The notes beneath the pieces are model-generated. The model saw only the letters and a list, made by a program, of their open reading frames with translations. It ran no database searches and was not told where the DNA came from. Positions 18,236 through 29,471 of a stretch of DNA of 64,000 nt are shown in pieces; positions within the stretch are counted from its first letter, which is position 1, and every line of letters starts with the position of its first letter. This stretch comes from an uncultured Pelagibacteraceae bacterium (lineage in GTDB: Bacteria; Pseudomonadota; Alphaproteobacteria; Pelagibacterales; Pelagibacteraceae). The DNA lies in assembly GCA_902534735.1 (NCBI GenBank), contig CACARD010000003.1, positions 24,083-88,082 on the forward strand, in the 5' to 3' direction. A program made the translations under genes and the position numbers.

Positions 18236-19258
18236 TTACTTCCAACCTGCAGCCAACATTACTTCTAATGCATCTGCTTGTTTTGCACCGTATGACTTAA
18301 CACTTGTTTTAGTATCCATTACAAAGTTCATCTCTTTGCCTGGAACTAAATCATTAGGTGTTACACCACTGATCATTGGATACTCAAAAGTATTATTTAC
18401 AATGTGATTTTGAGCCTCTGTTGATAATAAAAACTCAACTAATTTTACAGCATTAGCTTTGTTTGGTGCATGTTTAAGCATACCAGCTCCACTAATATTA
18501 ATGTGCGTTCCTCTATCTTGTTGATTAGGGAAAAAAGGCATTACTTTTTTTGCTGCTTCTTGTTGTTCAGTACCTTTTTTTCCAGATAACATCAATGCAT
18601 GATAATATGTATTTGCAACAGCAATATCAGCTTCTCCTGCCGCAACAGCCATGATTTGAGCACGGTCGTTACCTTTTGGAGTTCTAGCCATGTTTGCTAC
18701 AACAGCTTTAGACCATTCTGCAGTTTTAGCTTTACCATTATTCTTAACTAGTGAAGCAACTAAAGACTGGTTATAAATGTTGTTAGATTTTCTTATTACT
18801 AATCTACCTTTCCATTTTGGATCAGCTAGACCTTCGTAAGTCATGCCATTTAGTTCATTTGCATTTACTCTTTCAGGTGAATAATAAATTATTCTTGCTC
18901 TCTTAGCTATTCCAGTCCATTTAGCAGATCTAAATTGTGCAGGTACAGCATCCTTAATAGCTTTTGACCAACCAGCGTTTTGCATCATGCCTTTGGCTGC
19001 AAATGCACCTAATCTTCCAGCATCAGCTGTGATGTATAGATCTCCAACACAGTCTGCTCCCTCTTCTGTAATTCTTTTCTGCAGGGCTTTATCTTTTCCT
19101 GATACAACGTTTACTTTAATTCCAGTTGCTGCTGTAAATTTTTCATATAATTGAATGTCAGAATCATAGTGTCTTGCACTAAAAATGTTGACCTCAGCTG
19201 CAATCGTAAAACTTGAAACTAAAGCAAAAAACAATGAAATTATTGTTAATTTTCTCAT
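18236..19258 (-). CDS. fbpA: Fe(III) ABC transporter substrate-binding protein (FutA/FbpA/Sfu family)
   Basis: Signal peptide; SARHY, ITADAGRL, NIYNQSL, ANTYY (Tyr ligands), HINISG, FEYP motifs; AGGAG RBS. Confidence 0.93.
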   Translation of the reverse strand: MRKLTIISLFFALVSSFTIAAEVNIFSARHYDSDIQLYEKFTAATGIKVNVVSGKDKALQKRITEEGADCVGDLYITADAGRLGAFAAKGMMQNAGWSKAIKDAVPAQFRSAKWTGIAKRARIIYYSPERVNANELNGMTYEGLADPKWKGRLVIRKSNNIYNQSLVASLVKNNGKAKTAEWSKAVVANMARTPKGNDRAQIMAVAAGEADIAVANTYYHALMLSGKKGTEQQEAAKKVMPFFPNQQDRGTHINISGAGMLKHAPNKANAVKLVEFLLSTEAQNHIVNNTFEYPMISGVTPNDLVPGKEMNFVMDTKTSVKSYGAKQADALEVMLAAGWK

Positions 19259-19310
19259 TCTACTCCTTAATTTATATTTATATTAAACGTATTTTGTCCT
19301 GCAATGCGGA

Positions 19311-19375
19311 TGATAACTATTCTCAATGAAAATGATTATCAATTGCAATATTGTCGCAATTGATAATCAATCGCA
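19311..19375. promoter_or_regulatory. Three Fur-like 7-1-7 boxes upstream of the iron-binding protein
   Basis: TGATAAC-T-ATTCTCA (19311-19325), TGAAAAT-G-ATTATCA (19327-19341) and TGATAAT-C-AATCGCA (19361-19375) versus consensus TGATAAT-N-ATTATCA. Confidence 0.8.
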
Positions 19376-19402
19376 ATTATTACTGTTTTTTAGATAAATT
19401 AT

Positions 19403-20293
19403 TTAAAATTCCCACTCAGAAATTTTACTGTAAAGGAAGTTTCTAAAAGCTTGAACTCTAGCAACATTTTTAAGTGATTGAGGGTACACAAAGTGTGCCT
19501 CTGTAGTTGGACCTTGAACGCTAGGTAGAACTTTTACTATATTTGGTTGTTTCACAGTTAAGTAATCTGGAATTGCGGCTAATCCTACACCGCTTTGAAC
19601 AGCTAATAGTAAGCCATAAACACTATTCACTCTCATTACAGTTTTTCTTTTTTTATTATCTTTCATTCCAAGTTTTAATGCCCAATCTGGATTATAAACT
19701 GGTGATGGAGCTCCTCTACCAAATGAAATAAAGTTATGCTTATTTAGGTCATTAACTGTCTTAGGATATCCATGTTTTTCTAAGTATTTTGGTGATCCGT
19801 ATATGTGATAATTAATATCTATGAGTTTTTTTTGAATATAATTAAGTTGTTTCGGTCTTCTCATAAATATTCCAATATCTGCTTGTCTTGTGCTTAAATC
19901 TAACTCCCTATCATCAAATATGAGTTCAACTTCAATTTCTGGATTTAATTGCATAAATTCTTGTATTCTTGGCGTCAGCCAAGTTGTTCCAAAACTAACA
20001 ACGGTTGTTACTGATAGTTTTCCGGATGGTTTATGTTTTTTATCTCCTAAAGTTGTTTCTACCTCTTTTAATTTGGAGATAACTTCATGAGCTGTTTTAA
20101 ATACATATTCTCCATTTTCAGTTAGTGTTAAACCTCTAGCATGACGTTCAAATAATTTAACTTTTAAATCTTCTTCTAAAGATTGAATTTGTCTACTAAT
20201 TGCAGATTGACTTAGATTTAGAATTACTGTTGCACTAGTAAAGCTACCTGCCTCAGCAACTGCATGAAATATCTTTAATTTATCCCAATCCAT
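19403..20293 (-). CDS. LysR-family transcriptional regulator (LsrB/VtlR-like)
   Basis: MDWDKLKIFHAVAEAGSFT...SQSAISRQI..LE HTH, typical of this conserved alphaproteobacterial subfamily. Confidence 0.9.
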   Translation of the reverse strand: MDWDKLKIFHAVAEAGSFTSATVILNLSQSAISRQIQSLEEDLKVKLFERHARGLTLTENGEYVFKTAHEVISKLKEVETTLGDKKHKPSGKLSVTTVVSFGTTWLTPRIQEFMQLNPEIEVELIFDDRELDLSTRQADIGIFMRRPKQLNYIQKKLIDINYHIYGSPKYLEKHGYPKTVNDLNKHNFISFGRGAPSPVYNPDWALKLGMKDNKKRKTVMRVNSVYGLLLAVQSGVGLAAIPDYLTVKQPNIVKVLPSVQGPTTEAHFVYPQSLKNVARVQAFRNFLYSKISEWEF

Positions 20294-21294
20294 TATTTAT
20301 TTACATCCACTACTATTTTATTTTTTAAATTTCCTTTTAATATATCAGGATAGATATTTAATAATTCGTCTAATCCAATAGTATTTACTGATTTTTCTAA
20401 AATATCAAAATCTAGCAAAGCAGGGAATTCTCCCCATACAAACTCTTTTCTTTTTTTACTGATATTAACCGAGTCTACTCCCCATAATTTGACTGCTCTT
20501 AATATAAATGGAATTACTGATGTATTTAATTTATTGCCACTAGCATTTCCACATATAGCAACAATTCCTTTTGGTTTAGTTTGAGCTATTGCATTAGATA
20601 AAATGTTGCCACCGACGGTATCTACAACTCCATCCCATGTTCCTTTATCTATTAATCTTGCTTCACCCTCAAATTCTTTACGATCTATAACGTTTTTTGC
20701 ACCAAGTTCTTTTAAGTAATCTGCTTTATCTGGTTTACCAGTTATAGCTGTTACATTAATTCCCATCTTTGCAAGAACCATTACTGCTACCATACCAACT
20801 CCACCTGTAGAACCTGTTACCAATACATCATTTACTTTTGATTGCATCAATAGTTCCTCTCTTGCTTTAACTGCAAAGGCACATAACAAACCTGTAAGAC
20901 CAGCAGTTCCTAAAATCATAGCTTGTTTATTTGTCATTCCCTCAGGTGTTTTTGTAATATGATCTTTTTTAACTTTTGCGTATTGAGAATATCCACCATC
21001 AAAAAGTTCTCCTGCTCTACAACCTGTTAATATAACTCTGTCTCCTTCTTTAAATTCTTCACCATCACCTTGTGCAACAGTTCCAGAAAAATCAATACCA
21101 GGTATTCTTGGAAACTCTTTAACTAATTTACCACCATCTTTTAGTATCATTGCATCTTTCCAATTAAGATCAGAATAATCTATCTTAACTAGCACCTCAC
21201 CATCTTTAAAATGATCTAAACTTAGTTCTTTGACTTCTCTTGTAAAATTTTCGTTCTGATTGTTTATTACAACTGCTTTAAATGAGTCCGCCAT
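20293..21294 (-). CDS. acuI: Acryloyl-CoA reductase (YhdH/AcuI family)
   Basis: YSDLNWKD, PGIDFSG, LGTAGLT, TGSTGGVG, PFILRAV.L.GVDS motifs. Confidence 0.85.
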   Translation of the reverse strand: MADSFKAVVINNQNENFTREVKELSLDHFKDGEVLVKIDYSDLNWKDAMILKDGGKLVKEFPRIPGIDFSGTVAQGDGEEFKEGDRVILTGCRAGELFDGGYSQYAKVKKDHITKTPEGMTNKQAMILGTAGLTGLLCAFAVKAREELLMQSKVNDVLVTGSTGGVGMVAVMVLAKMGINVTAITGKPDKADYLKELGAKNVIDRKEFEGEARLIDKGTWDGVVDTVGGNILSNAIAQTKPKGIVAICGNASGNKLNTSVIPFILRAVKLWGVDSVNISKKRKEFVWGEFPALLDFDILEKSVNTIGLDELLNIYPDILKGNLKNKIVVDVNK

Positions 21295-21309
21295 GTTTAT
21301 CAGTAAATA

Positions 21310-21912
21310 TTATTTTGCAATAAATCGCAAATATCTATTTTGATAACTTAAATCGTCTTTAAACTGTCCAAGATAAAAATTTGTAACTGTGGTAGCTTGC
21401 TCTTTTTTTATACCTCTCATAGTCATACACTGATGAGTTGAATCTATTGTTACCGCAACTCCTTTTGCATCCAACGACTCCATTAAAGTATTAGCGATCT
21501 GAACAGTTAATCTTTCTTGTGTTTGTAATCTTTTAGAAAATACTTCTACTACTCTTGCTATTTTACTTAAACCTACAACTCTTTGATTTGGAATGTATGC
21601 TACATGAGCAATTCCTATAATTGGTGCCATGTGATGTTCGCAATGACTTTGAACTGAAATATTTTTTTGAACAACCATATCGCTATAGCCTTCAACATCA
21701 CCAAATGTTTTATCTAAAACTGCTTTAGGATCTTCTTTGTAGCCTTTGAAATATTCTTTAAATGCTTTTGTTACTCTTTTTGGAGTTTCCAATAAACCTT
21801 CTCTGGTAGGATCTTCACCTAACCACTTAAGAATTTTAACGAAAGCTTCTTCAGCTTCCTTGTCTGTTACTTCGTTAATTTTTTTTTCGTTTTCGTTTTT
21901 TACTAATTTCAT
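21310..21912 (-). CDS. folE: GTP cyclohydrolase I
   Basis: REGLLETPKR, SHCEHH, GLSK, RLQTQER, HQCMTMRG motifs. Confidence 0.96.
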   Translation of the reverse strand: MKLVKNENEKKINEVTDKEAEEAFVKILKWLGEDPTREGLLETPKRVTKAFKEYFKGYKEDPKAVLDKTFGDVEGYSDMVVQKNISVQSHCEHHMAPIIGIAHVAYIPNQRVVGLSKIARVVEVFSKRLQTQERLTVQIANTLMESLDAKGVAVTIDSTHQCMTMRGIKKEQATTVTNFYLGQFKDDLSYQNRYLRFIAK

Positions 21913-21969
21913 GACGTGCTTTTATATATATAAAACCTTAATTTTAAAATATTTATTATATTTATTATT

Positions 21970-22458
21970 ATGTTAGATAATTCCACATATATGTTTAAAA
22001 AAAGAGAAAATGTAGCAGAAATAGAAGAAGGCAAGCTTTTATCTCCTAAATTCGACAATGATGGATTGATTCCAGTCATTACAACATGCTCAAAAACAAA
22101 AGAAATATTAATGCATGGGTATATGAATGTCGAAGCCTTCAAGTTAACTATTGAAACCAAAGAAGCACATTACTGGAGCAGATCAAGGCAATCAATTTGG
22201 CATAAAGGAAAAACAAGTGGGTTTGTTCAAAAAGTAAAAGAGATTCGAATTGATGATGATCAAGATGCAGTGTGGATGACTGTAGATATTGGCGAAGGTT
22301 CTAGTTGCCACGTTGGGTACAGATCCTGTTTTTACAGATCTGTTCCTTTGGGTAAAATTGATAATGCAAGACAAATCGAAATGAAATTTGAAGAAGAAGA
22401 AAAAAAATTTGATCCAGAGGTTGTTTATAAAGGACAACCTAATCCAACAAAAATATAA
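21970..22458 (+). CDS. hisI: Phosphoribosyl-AMP cyclohydrolase
   Basis: YWSRSR..W.KGKTSG, IDDDQD, CHVGYRSCF motifs. The start may be the ATG at 21991. Confidence 0.93.
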   Translation: MLDNSTYMFKKRENVAEIEEGKLLSPKFDNDGLIPVITTCSKTKEILMHGYMNVEAFKLTIETKEAHYWSRSRQSIWHKGKTSGFVQKVKEIRIDDDQDAVWMTVDIGEGSSCHVGYRSCFYRSVPLGKIDNARQIEMKFEEEEKKFDPEVVYKGQPNPTKI

Positions 22459-22465
22459 AAAATTA

Positions 22466-23074
22466 ATGAAAGTTTTAAGTCCGTTTGGACCAAAAATTGC
22501 TGTTGTTAAAATTCCATTAAATTTGGTAAAAAAAATTAATGATGAAGTTGAAAGTATTATCAAAGATAAAAAAAAATTGAAATCAAATGACTACTCAAAA
22601 AAGTTAGTAGGTCAAGTTGAGCAAGAAATTGAATTAAAAAATAAATTTATTAAAAAAAATTTAAAAAGTTTTATTTTTAAAAGTGTAAATCAATATTTAA
22701 AAAAAAATCTTAATAAGAAGTCAAAAAATATTAAAATTAAGAATTTATGGGTCGTAAGACAATTTAAAAATGATTATAACCCTGTACATTTTCATGATGG
22801 CAATGTTTCTGGAGTTGGTTATTTAAAAATTCCAAACAATTTAACAAAGGGACATAAAAAAATTAAAACTAACGGAACAATTGATTTTATTTATGGTTCT
22901 AAATCTTTTTTAAATAATTCTATATTTAATCATAAACCAAGAGTTGGTGATCTTATCTTATTCCCAAATAATTTAATGCATACTGCATATCCATTTAAAT
23001 CTGATGGTGAAAGAAGATCATTTTCTTTTAACATAGATATTGATAAAAAATTAACAAGATTGTTTCATGGCTGA
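22466..23074 (+). CDS. Putative 2OG-Fe(II) oxygenase
   Basis: YNPVHFH, GDLILFP..LMH...PF, ERRSFSFN motifs. Start moved to ATG 22466 to avoid overlapping hisI. Confidence 0.75.
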   Translation: MKVLSPFGPKIAVVKIPLNLVKKINDEVESIIKDKKKLKSNDYSKKLVGQVEQEIELKNKFIKKNLKSFIFKSVNQYLKKNLNKKSKNIKIKNLWVVRQFKNDYNPVHFHDGNVSGVGYLKIPNNLTKGHKKIKTNGTIDFIYGSKSFLNNSIFNHKPRVGDLILFPNNLMHTAYPFKSDGERRSFSFNIDIDKKLTRLFHG

Positions 23075-23441
23075 TAAACAAAAAAACGTTTTAGACGAAG
23101 ACTTAGAGTTATGTTCAAATGATCCTTTAACAGGATGGTATAGAGACGGATGTTGCAATACAGATGAAAATGATCATGGTGTGCACACTGTTTGTGCAAA
23201 AGTAAATACTGAATTTTTAGAATGGTGTAAAGAAGCAGGCAATGATTTAATTACACCTCATCCTGAGTTTGGTTTTCCAGGTTTAAAAGATGGAGATAGT
23301 TGGTGCGTGTGTGCAGGCTGGTATGCTCGAGCTTTAGAAGCTGGAAAAGGATGTCCAATTTATTTAAAAAAAACTCATAAAAACACTTTAAAGCTTATTC
23401 CAATTGAAACCTTAAAAAAGTTTGCAATCGATTTATCTTAA
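23067..23441 (+). CDS. DUF2237-family cysteine-rich protein
   Basis: CSNDPLTGWYRDGCC, HTVCA, GNDLITP.PEFGFPGLK.GD.WCVC motifs. Confidence 0.88.
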   Translation: MADKQKNVLDEDLELCSNDPLTGWYRDGCCNTDENDHGVHTVCAKVNTEFLEWCKEAGNDLITPHPEFGFPGLKDGDSWCVCAGWYARALEAGKGCPIYLKKTHKNTLKLIPIETLKKFAIDLS

Positions 23442-25061
23442 TTACATATTTCCGTATTTAGGTCCACCTCCGCCTTCTGGTGTGACCCAAGTAATATTTT
23501 GAGATGGCTCTTTAATATCACAAGTTTTACAATGTATGCAATTTTGTGCATTTATTACAAATTTTTGAACAGAATTTACTTCTTGAACTTCATAAACTCC
23601 TGCTGGACAATATCTTTGTGCAGGCTCATCAAATTTTTCTAAAGTATATTTTATTGGCAAAACTGGATCTTTAAGTTTTAAGTGGACTGGCTGATTATCA
23701 TCATGAATTGTACCTGTTAAATAAACCGAACTAGTTTTATCAAAAGTAATAACGTTATCAGGCTTAGGATAATCAATTTTTGGCATTTTATCTGCTGGTT
23801 TTAAAGCTTCATGATCAGCGTGTTTATGCTTTAATGTGAAAGGAAGCTTTCCTCTAAATAAAATCTGGTCAATTCCAGTAAATAATATACCTAGAATTAA
23901 ACCCCAAGAGAAACTTGGTTTTACATTTCTCGCCTCATATAATTCTTTGTAAACCCAACTTTCTTTAAATTTTTGTTCATATGTAGATAAATTTATATTT
24001 TTTGTAAGATGCTCATAAATTGTTTCTGCAGCGATCATTCCACTTTTCATTGCTGTATGAGACCCTTTTATTTTAGGCATATTTAACGTTCCCGCGTCAC
24101 ATCCAACTAACAAAGCACCTGGCATAAACATCTGAGGTAAACTCTGTATACCTCCCTCAATTAAAGCTCTTGCGCCATAAGAAATTCTTTTTCCACCTTC
24201 AATTATTTTTTTTATATCTGGATGAGTTTTAAATCTTTGGAATTCATCGAAAGGTGAGAGATGAGGATTTTGGTAATCTAATCCAATTACGTAACCAAGA
24301 AAAACTTGTTTATTTTCTGCATGATACATAAAACTTCCACCGTAGGTGTTATTGTCTAAAGGCCATCCAGCAGTATGCATTACTAAACCTTCTGTATGAT
24401 TTTTTTCATCTATCTCCCAAATTTCTTTAAAACCAATTCCATATTGTTGAGGATTTTTACCTTTATCCAACTCAAACTTCTTAATTAATTCTTTTCCTAA
24501 GTGACCTCTGCATCCTTCTGCAAAGACTGTAACTTTTGCATGTAATTCCATTCCTGGTTCATAAGTATCTTTTTTATTTCCCTCTTTGTCGATACCCATA
24601 TCTTGAGTTGCAATACCTTTAACTGATCCATCATCATTATATAAAACTTCACTTGCTGGAAATCCTGGGAATATTTCAACTCCTAATCCTTCAGCCTGCT
24701 CTGCTAACCATCTACAAAGATTTGCAAGACTTATAATATAATTGTTATGATTTTGTTGAACCTTAGGAAGCAACCATGTTGGCCAACTTAATGATTTTTG
24801 TTTTCCTAAAAATAAAAATTTTTCTTTTGTAACTTTTGTTTTAATGGGAGCATCTAATTCTTTCCAATTAGGTATTAGTTCGTCTAAAGCACGTGTTTCA
24901 AACACGTTCCCTGATAAAATGTGTGCACCTATTTCAGATGCTTTCTCTAAAAGGCAGACATTAATATCTGGATTTAACTGCTTTAATTTAATTGCAGTTG
25001 AAAGTCCTGATGGTCCGCCACCTACGATGACAACATCGTATTCCATCACTTCTCTGGACAT
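23442..25061 (-). CDS. Electron transfer flavoprotein-ubiquinone oxidoreductase
   Basis: GGGPSG, HILSG, PKIKGSH; C-terminal YCPAGVY and NCIHCKTCDIK 4Fe-4S motifs. Confidence 0.95.
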   Translation of the reverse strand: MSREVMEYDVVIVGGGPSGLSTAIKLKQLNPDINVCLLEKASEIGAHILSGNVFETRALDELIPNWKELDAPIKTKVTKEKFLFLGKQKSLSWPTWLLPKVQQNHNNYIISLANLCRWLAEQAEGLGVEIFPGFPASEVLYNDDGSVKGIATQDMGIDKEGNKKDTYEPGMELHAKVTVFAEGCRGHLGKELIKKFELDKGKNPQQYGIGFKEIWEIDEKNHTEGLVMHTAGWPLDNNTYGGSFMYHAENKQVFLGYVIGLDYQNPHLSPFDEFQRFKTHPDIKKIIEGGKRISYGARALIEGGIQSLPQMFMPGALLVGCDAGTLNMPKIKGSHTAMKSGMIAAETIYEHLTKNINLSTYEQKFKESWVYKELYEARNVKPSFSWGLILGILFTGIDQILFRGKLPFTLKHKHADHEALKPADKMPKIDYPKPDNVITFDKTSSVYLTGTIHDDNQPVHLKLKDPVLPIKYTLEKFDEPAQRYCPAGVYEVQEVNSVQKFVINAQNCIHCKTCDIKEPSQNITWVTPEGGGGPKYGNM

Positions 25062-25085
25062 AATGATAATTTCTTACAGTATTTG

Positions 25086-26039
25086 CTATTTTTGTATAGT
25101 GTTTAATTTGTTCAATTCTGACAAAAACTGAGGAAGTGCCTCAAAAAGATCTGCTTCTAATCCGTAATCTGCGACACTAAAAATTGGAGCCTCACCGTCT
25201 TTATTTATAGCTACAATAACTTTACTTTCTTTCATTCCTGCTAAGTGCTGTATCGCACCTGAAATTCCAACTGCAATATATAAATCTGGAACCACAACTT
25301 TTCCCGTTTGTCCTACTTGATGATCATTCGTAATATAACCTGCATCAACTGCTGCTCTAGATGCACCAATTGCTGCATTAAGTTTATCCGCAATATCACT
25401 TATTAATTTGAAATTTTCGCCATTTTGCATTCCTCTGCCACCAGAAATAACTATTCTAGCTGTTCCAAGCTCTGGTCTGTCTGACTTAACTTCTTCTTTC
25501 TTTAGAAATTTAGTTGATGAACTAGCTTCTGCTGGATCAGATTTTGTAATTTCAGCAGATCCACCACTCTTATCAGCAGGGTCAAACGACGTCGGTCTAA
25601 TAGTAACACATTTTTTTTTGTCATTACTTTTAACCGTAGCAAAAGCATTTCCTGCATAAATTGGTCTTAAAAAAGTATCCTCAGAAATAACTTTAATTAT
25701 ATCGCTCACTTGCGAAGTATCTAGTAATGCTGCAATTCTTGGCATTAAATTTTTACCAAATGTATTTGCTGAGCTTACAATATGTGAATAACTTTCTGCA
25801 TGCTTAATTATTGCTGCTGTATAATTTTCAGCAATGTAGTTTTCATAAATTTCATTATCAACGTGAATAACTTTTTTTACATTTGGAACTTCAGATAAAG
25901 ATTTTGCAACATCATCAGCTTGATGACCTAAAACCAAAACATGAAGATCCTCATTTATTTGAGAAGCTGCAGTTATAGCATTATAGGTAAATGGTCTAAC
26001 CTCTTTATTATTGTGTTCTGCAATTAATAATACTGACAT
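25086..26039 (-). CDS. etfA: Electron transfer flavoprotein alpha subunit
   Basis: SGGRG, GASRAAVDAG, QVGQTGK, GISGAIQHLAGM motifs. Confidence 0.96.
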   Translation of the reverse strand: MSVLLIAEHNNKEVRPFTYNAITAASQINEDLHVLVLGHQADDVAKSLSEVPNVKKVIHVDNEIYENYIAENYTAAIIKHAESYSHIVSSANTFGKNLMPRIAALLDTSQVSDIIKVISEDTFLRPIYAGNAFATVKSNDKKKCVTIRPTSFDPADKSGGSAEITKSDPAEASSSTKFLKKEEVKSDRPELGTARIVISGGRGMQNGENFKLISDIADKLNAAIGASRAAVDAGYITNDHQVGQTGKVVVPDLYIAVGISGAIQHLAGMKESKVIVAINKDGEAPIFSVADYGLEADLFEALPQFLSELNKLNTIQK

Positions 26040-26789
26040 TTAAATTACCTTAGCCTCATTTTTTAATTTTTGCACTAATTCTTCTACACTAGCGACTTTT
26101 ATTCCAGCTTTTCTTTTTGGTGGTTCTTCAACTTTAATTTGTTCGATTCTAGGATTAATATCAACTCCTAAATCTGAAGCATTTAACTGTTCTATTGGTT
26201 TTTTCTTAGCTTTCATAATATTTGGAAGCGAAGCATATCTTGGTTCATTTAGTCTTAAGTCACATGTAACAATAGCTGGAACATTTACTTCAATAGTTTC
26301 TAAACCTTCATCAATTTCACGAGTTACTTCTAATACATTATCTCTAACTTCAATTTTCGATGCAAAAGTTGCTTGAGGCCAATTTAATAAAGCTGCAAGC
26401 ATTTGACCAGTTTGGTTGCAATCATCGTCAATTGCTTGTTTTCCCATAAACACCAAATCAGGATTTTCTTTTTCTACAATTTTTTTCAAAATTTTTGAAA
26501 CTGCTAATGGCTCAATCACATTATCAACTTTGACATGTATTCCCCTATCCGCTCCAACAGCTAATGCTTTTCTAACAGTTTCTTGAGCTTTTTCTTCTCC
26601 GATTGTAATTGCAACTATTTCCTTAGCTTTGCCAGCCTCTTTAATTTTTACCGCTTCTTCTATTGCATTATCATCTGGTGGATTTGTTGACATTTTAACG
26701 TTGTCAGTAACAACACCAGAACCATCTTCTTTAACTCTTATTTGAACGTTGTAATCAATAACTCTTTTAACTGCGACTAATATTTTCAT
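26040..26789 (-). CDS. etfB: Electron transfer flavoprotein beta subunit
   Basis: [33 protein letters not shown] motifs. Confidence 0.96.
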   Translation of the reverse strand: MKILVAVKRVIDYNVQIRVKEDGSGVVTDNVKMSTNPPDDNAIEEAVKIKEAGKAKEIVAITIGEEKAQETVRKALAVGADRGIHVKVDNVIEPLAVSKILKKIVEKENPDLVFMGKQAIDDDCNQTGQMLAALLNWPQATFASKIEVRDNVLEVTREIDEGLETIEVNVPAIVTCDLRLNEPRYASLPNIMKAKKKPIEQLNASDLGVDINPRIEQIKVEEPPKRKAGIKVASVEELVQKLKNEAKVI

Positions 26790-29221
26790 TAAGCTCTTAA
26801 TAAATTGTTTTCTGGATCGTAAGGACTTTCATCTAAAATTGTAGCATCATATTTCTCACCTAATATTTCAATTTTAAGTTTTTGTCCAACATTTGCTAAT
26901 TCTGGTTTAACCATTCCTAATGCTAATGATTTACCAATTCTAAAACCAAAATCTCCTCCTGTAGCTCTTCCTATAACACTTCCATTTTCATAAATGGGAT
27001 TGTTGCCTAATACATCTGCATCTTTTGGATTGTGAACCTCCAAGGTAACAAGTTTGTTATCAAAACCTTTTTCTCTCCACTTGTTCAATGCTTCAAGTCC
27101 AATAAAACTTCCTTTATTAGGATGTATAAATCTATCAAGACCACTTTCATAAGGCGAGTATTCAATTGATAGTTCTGTTCCAACCAATTTATACGATTTT
27201 TCTACTCTCAAACTATTCATTGCTCTAATACCATATGGCTTTAGTCCAAGATCTTGTCCTGCTTCCATAAGTTTATCAAAAATGTGATTTTGATATTCAA
27301 TTGGATGATGAAGTTCCCATCCTAATTCACCAACAAAATTAACTCTCATAGCATTTACTGGTGCATAGCCTATATCAACCATTTTTGCACTTAGCCATTT
27401 AAAGTTTTCATTCGAAAAATCATCTTTTGAAACTCTTTGCATTAACTCTCTTGCTTTTGGACCTGAAACAACCAAAACTCCATTACTATTAGTTAAATTT
27501 TCAAACTGTACTGAACCATCTGAAGGCATCCATTTTAAAATCCAATCATGATCTAATCTTTGGAAAGCTCCTGCTGATACTAAATAAAAGCTATCATGTG
27601 ACTCTCTCATAATAGTAAATTCAGAATGAACACCGCCTTTAGTATTTAAAGCATGACATAAATTAATTCTTCCAACTTTTTTTGGTAATTTGTTTGCAAC
27701 TAAATTATCTAAAAATTCCTCAGCACCAGGTCCTTTAATTCTACATTTTGCAAATGCAGTCATATCCAAAAGACCAACATTTTCTTTTACGTTTTTGCAT
27801 TCTTTTTCCATTGCATTGAACCATTTTGATCTTCTAAATGACCAATCATCTTTTTGCTCCATTCCATCAGTTGCAAAAAAATTAGGTCGTTCCCATCCAA
27901 ATTTTTGACCAAACACTGCTCCTAAATTTTTCATTCTGTCATAACATGGCGCTGTTCTTAATGGTCTTGCTGCTGGTCTTTCTTCATCAGGAAAGTGAGT
28001 TATGAAAACGTGACTGTAGGCTTCTTCATTTTTAGCTTTTAAATATGATTTAGAGCAATAATCTCCATACCTTCTTGGTTCAACACCAAGCATATCAATT
28101 GTGGGTTCACCATCTACAATCCATTCAGCAAGTTGCCATCCTGCTCCACCTGCTGCAGTGATACCAAAACTATGACCTTCATTTATCCAAAAATTTTTCA
28201 ATCCCCAAGCAGGACCAACAATTGGGTTACCATCAGGTGTATAACAAATTGCACCGTTATAAACTTTCTTAACTCCAACTTCACCAAATGCAGGTACTCT
28301 ATGTATTGCACCTTCAATGTGTGGAGCCAATCTATCCAAATCTTCCTGAAATAATTCATATTCAGAATCTTTTGATGGTCCATCTACATAACAAGCTGGT
28401 GCACCATCTTCATATGGTCCTAAAATTAATCCACCCGCTTCTTCTCTCATATACCATCTGCTATCACTATCCCTTAAAACTCCCATCTCTGGTAATCCAT
28501 CTTTTTTTCTTTTTTGAATTTCTGGATGGGGTTCAGTAACAATGTATTGATGTTCTACTGGAATAACTGGAATATCTAATCCAACCATCTTTCCAGTTTG
28601 TCTTGCAAAATTTCCTGAACAAGAAATAATATGTTCACACTCTATAGACCCTTTATCTGTCTCAACAACCCAACCATCTTTGGTTTGTTTCATTCCAACA
28701 ACATTTGTATTTCTATAAATTTCTGCTCCTCTATTTCTTGCACCTGTTGCAAGTGCTTGAGTTAAATCAGCTGGTTGAATATATCCATCTTCAGGATGTT
28801 GTATTGCACCAACTAAATCTGATGTATTACATAATGGCCATATTTCTTTAACTTGATCTGGAGTTAAAAATTTTACATCAACACCAATTGTTTGAGCAAC
28901 ACCAGCGTATTGAAAGTATTCATCCATTCTATCCTTAGTGCTTGCTAATCTAATATTTGATACAACGCTGAAACCTACGTTCTTGCCTGTCTCTTCTTCT
29001 AAAGTTTTATATAAATTGACAGCATACTTGTGGAGTTGTCCAACAGAATAACTCATATTAAACAATGGTAATAAGCCAGCTGCATGCCAAGTTGAGCCTG
29101 ATGTTAGTTCTTTTCTTTCAATTAAAACAACATCTGACCAACCTTTTTTTGCTAAGTGATAGAGTGCACTAACTCCCACTACTCCACCACCAACTACAAC
29201 AACTTTTGCTTTGGATTTCAT
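26789..29221 (-). CDS. dmgdh: Dimethylglycine dehydrogenase (FAD + GcvT domains)
   Basis: [36 protein letters not shown] motifs; translationally coupled to etfB. Confidence 0.85.
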   Translation of the reverse strand: MKSKAKVVVVGGGVVGVSALYHLAKKGWSDVVLIERKELTSGSTWHAAGLLPLFNMSYSVGQLHKYAVNLYKTLEEETGKNVGFSVVSNIRLASTKDRMDEYFQYAGVAQTIGVDVKFLTPDQVKEIWPLCNTSDLVGAIQHPEDGYIQPADLTQALATGARNRGAEIYRNTNVVGMKQTKDGWVVETDKGSIECEHIISCSGNFARQTGKMVGLDIPVIPVEHQYIVTEPHPEIQKRKKDGLPEMGVLRDSDSRWYMREEAGGLILGPYEDGAPACYVDGPSKDSEYELFQEDLDRLAPHIEGAIHRVPAFGEVGVKKVYNGAICYTPDGNPIVGPAWGLKNFWINEGHSFGITAAGGAGWQLAEWIVDGEPTIDMLGVEPRRYGDYCSKSYLKAKNEEAYSHVFITHFPDEERPAARPLRTAPCYDRMKNLGAVFGQKFGWERPNFFATDGMEQKDDWSFRRSKWFNAMEKECKNVKENVGLLDMTAFAKCRIKGPGAEEFLDNLVANKLPKKVGRINLCHALNTKGGVHSEFTIMRESHDSFYLVSAGAFQRLDHDWILKWMPSDGSVQFENLTNSNGVLVVSGPKARELMQRVSKDDFSNENFKWLSAKMVDIGYAPVNAMRVNFVGELGWELHHPIEYQNHIFDKLMEAGQDLGLKPYGIRAMNSLRVEKSYKLVGTELSIEYSPYESGLDRFIHPNKGSFIGLEALNKWREKGFDNKLVTLEVHNPKDADVLGNNPIYENGSVIGRATGGDFGFRIGKSLALGMVKPELANVGQKLKIEILGEKYDATILDESPYDPENNLLRA

Positions 29222-29267
29222 TATCAGATTCCTACTAAATTTTAATTACTAACGAAACAAAATTCTA

Positions 29268-29471
29268 TTATTCATCATCTGCGTCACGCCAGCCCATTCT
29301 GAACATTAAATAAGCGGCAACTATGACGGAAATTGTACCTACTACCATACCAATATTAATCCCAACTTCACTTCCCCAAAAATACCATCCAAGTTGAGTG
29401 GATGAAATTGTTGGAAAGCATAAAATAAACATTAGAATTGCATATCTAATATACATTGGAGGCTTTTTCAT
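29268..29471 (-). CDS. Small two-TM membrane protein (67 aa)
   Basis: Start moved to ATG 29471 (TAATG coupling): MKKPPMYIRYAILMFILCFP...; two hydrophobic helices. Confidence 0.7.
   Translation of the reverse strand: MKKPPMYIRYAILMFILCFPTISSTQLGWYFWGSEVGINIGMVVGTISVIVAAYLMFRMGWRDADDE

Noticed and set aside
18086-18268. 60-aa plus-strand ORF in the track
   Set aside because: It is antisense to the coupled 57-aa Cys-motif ORF and overlaps the fbpA end; the minus-strand ORF fits the operon better.
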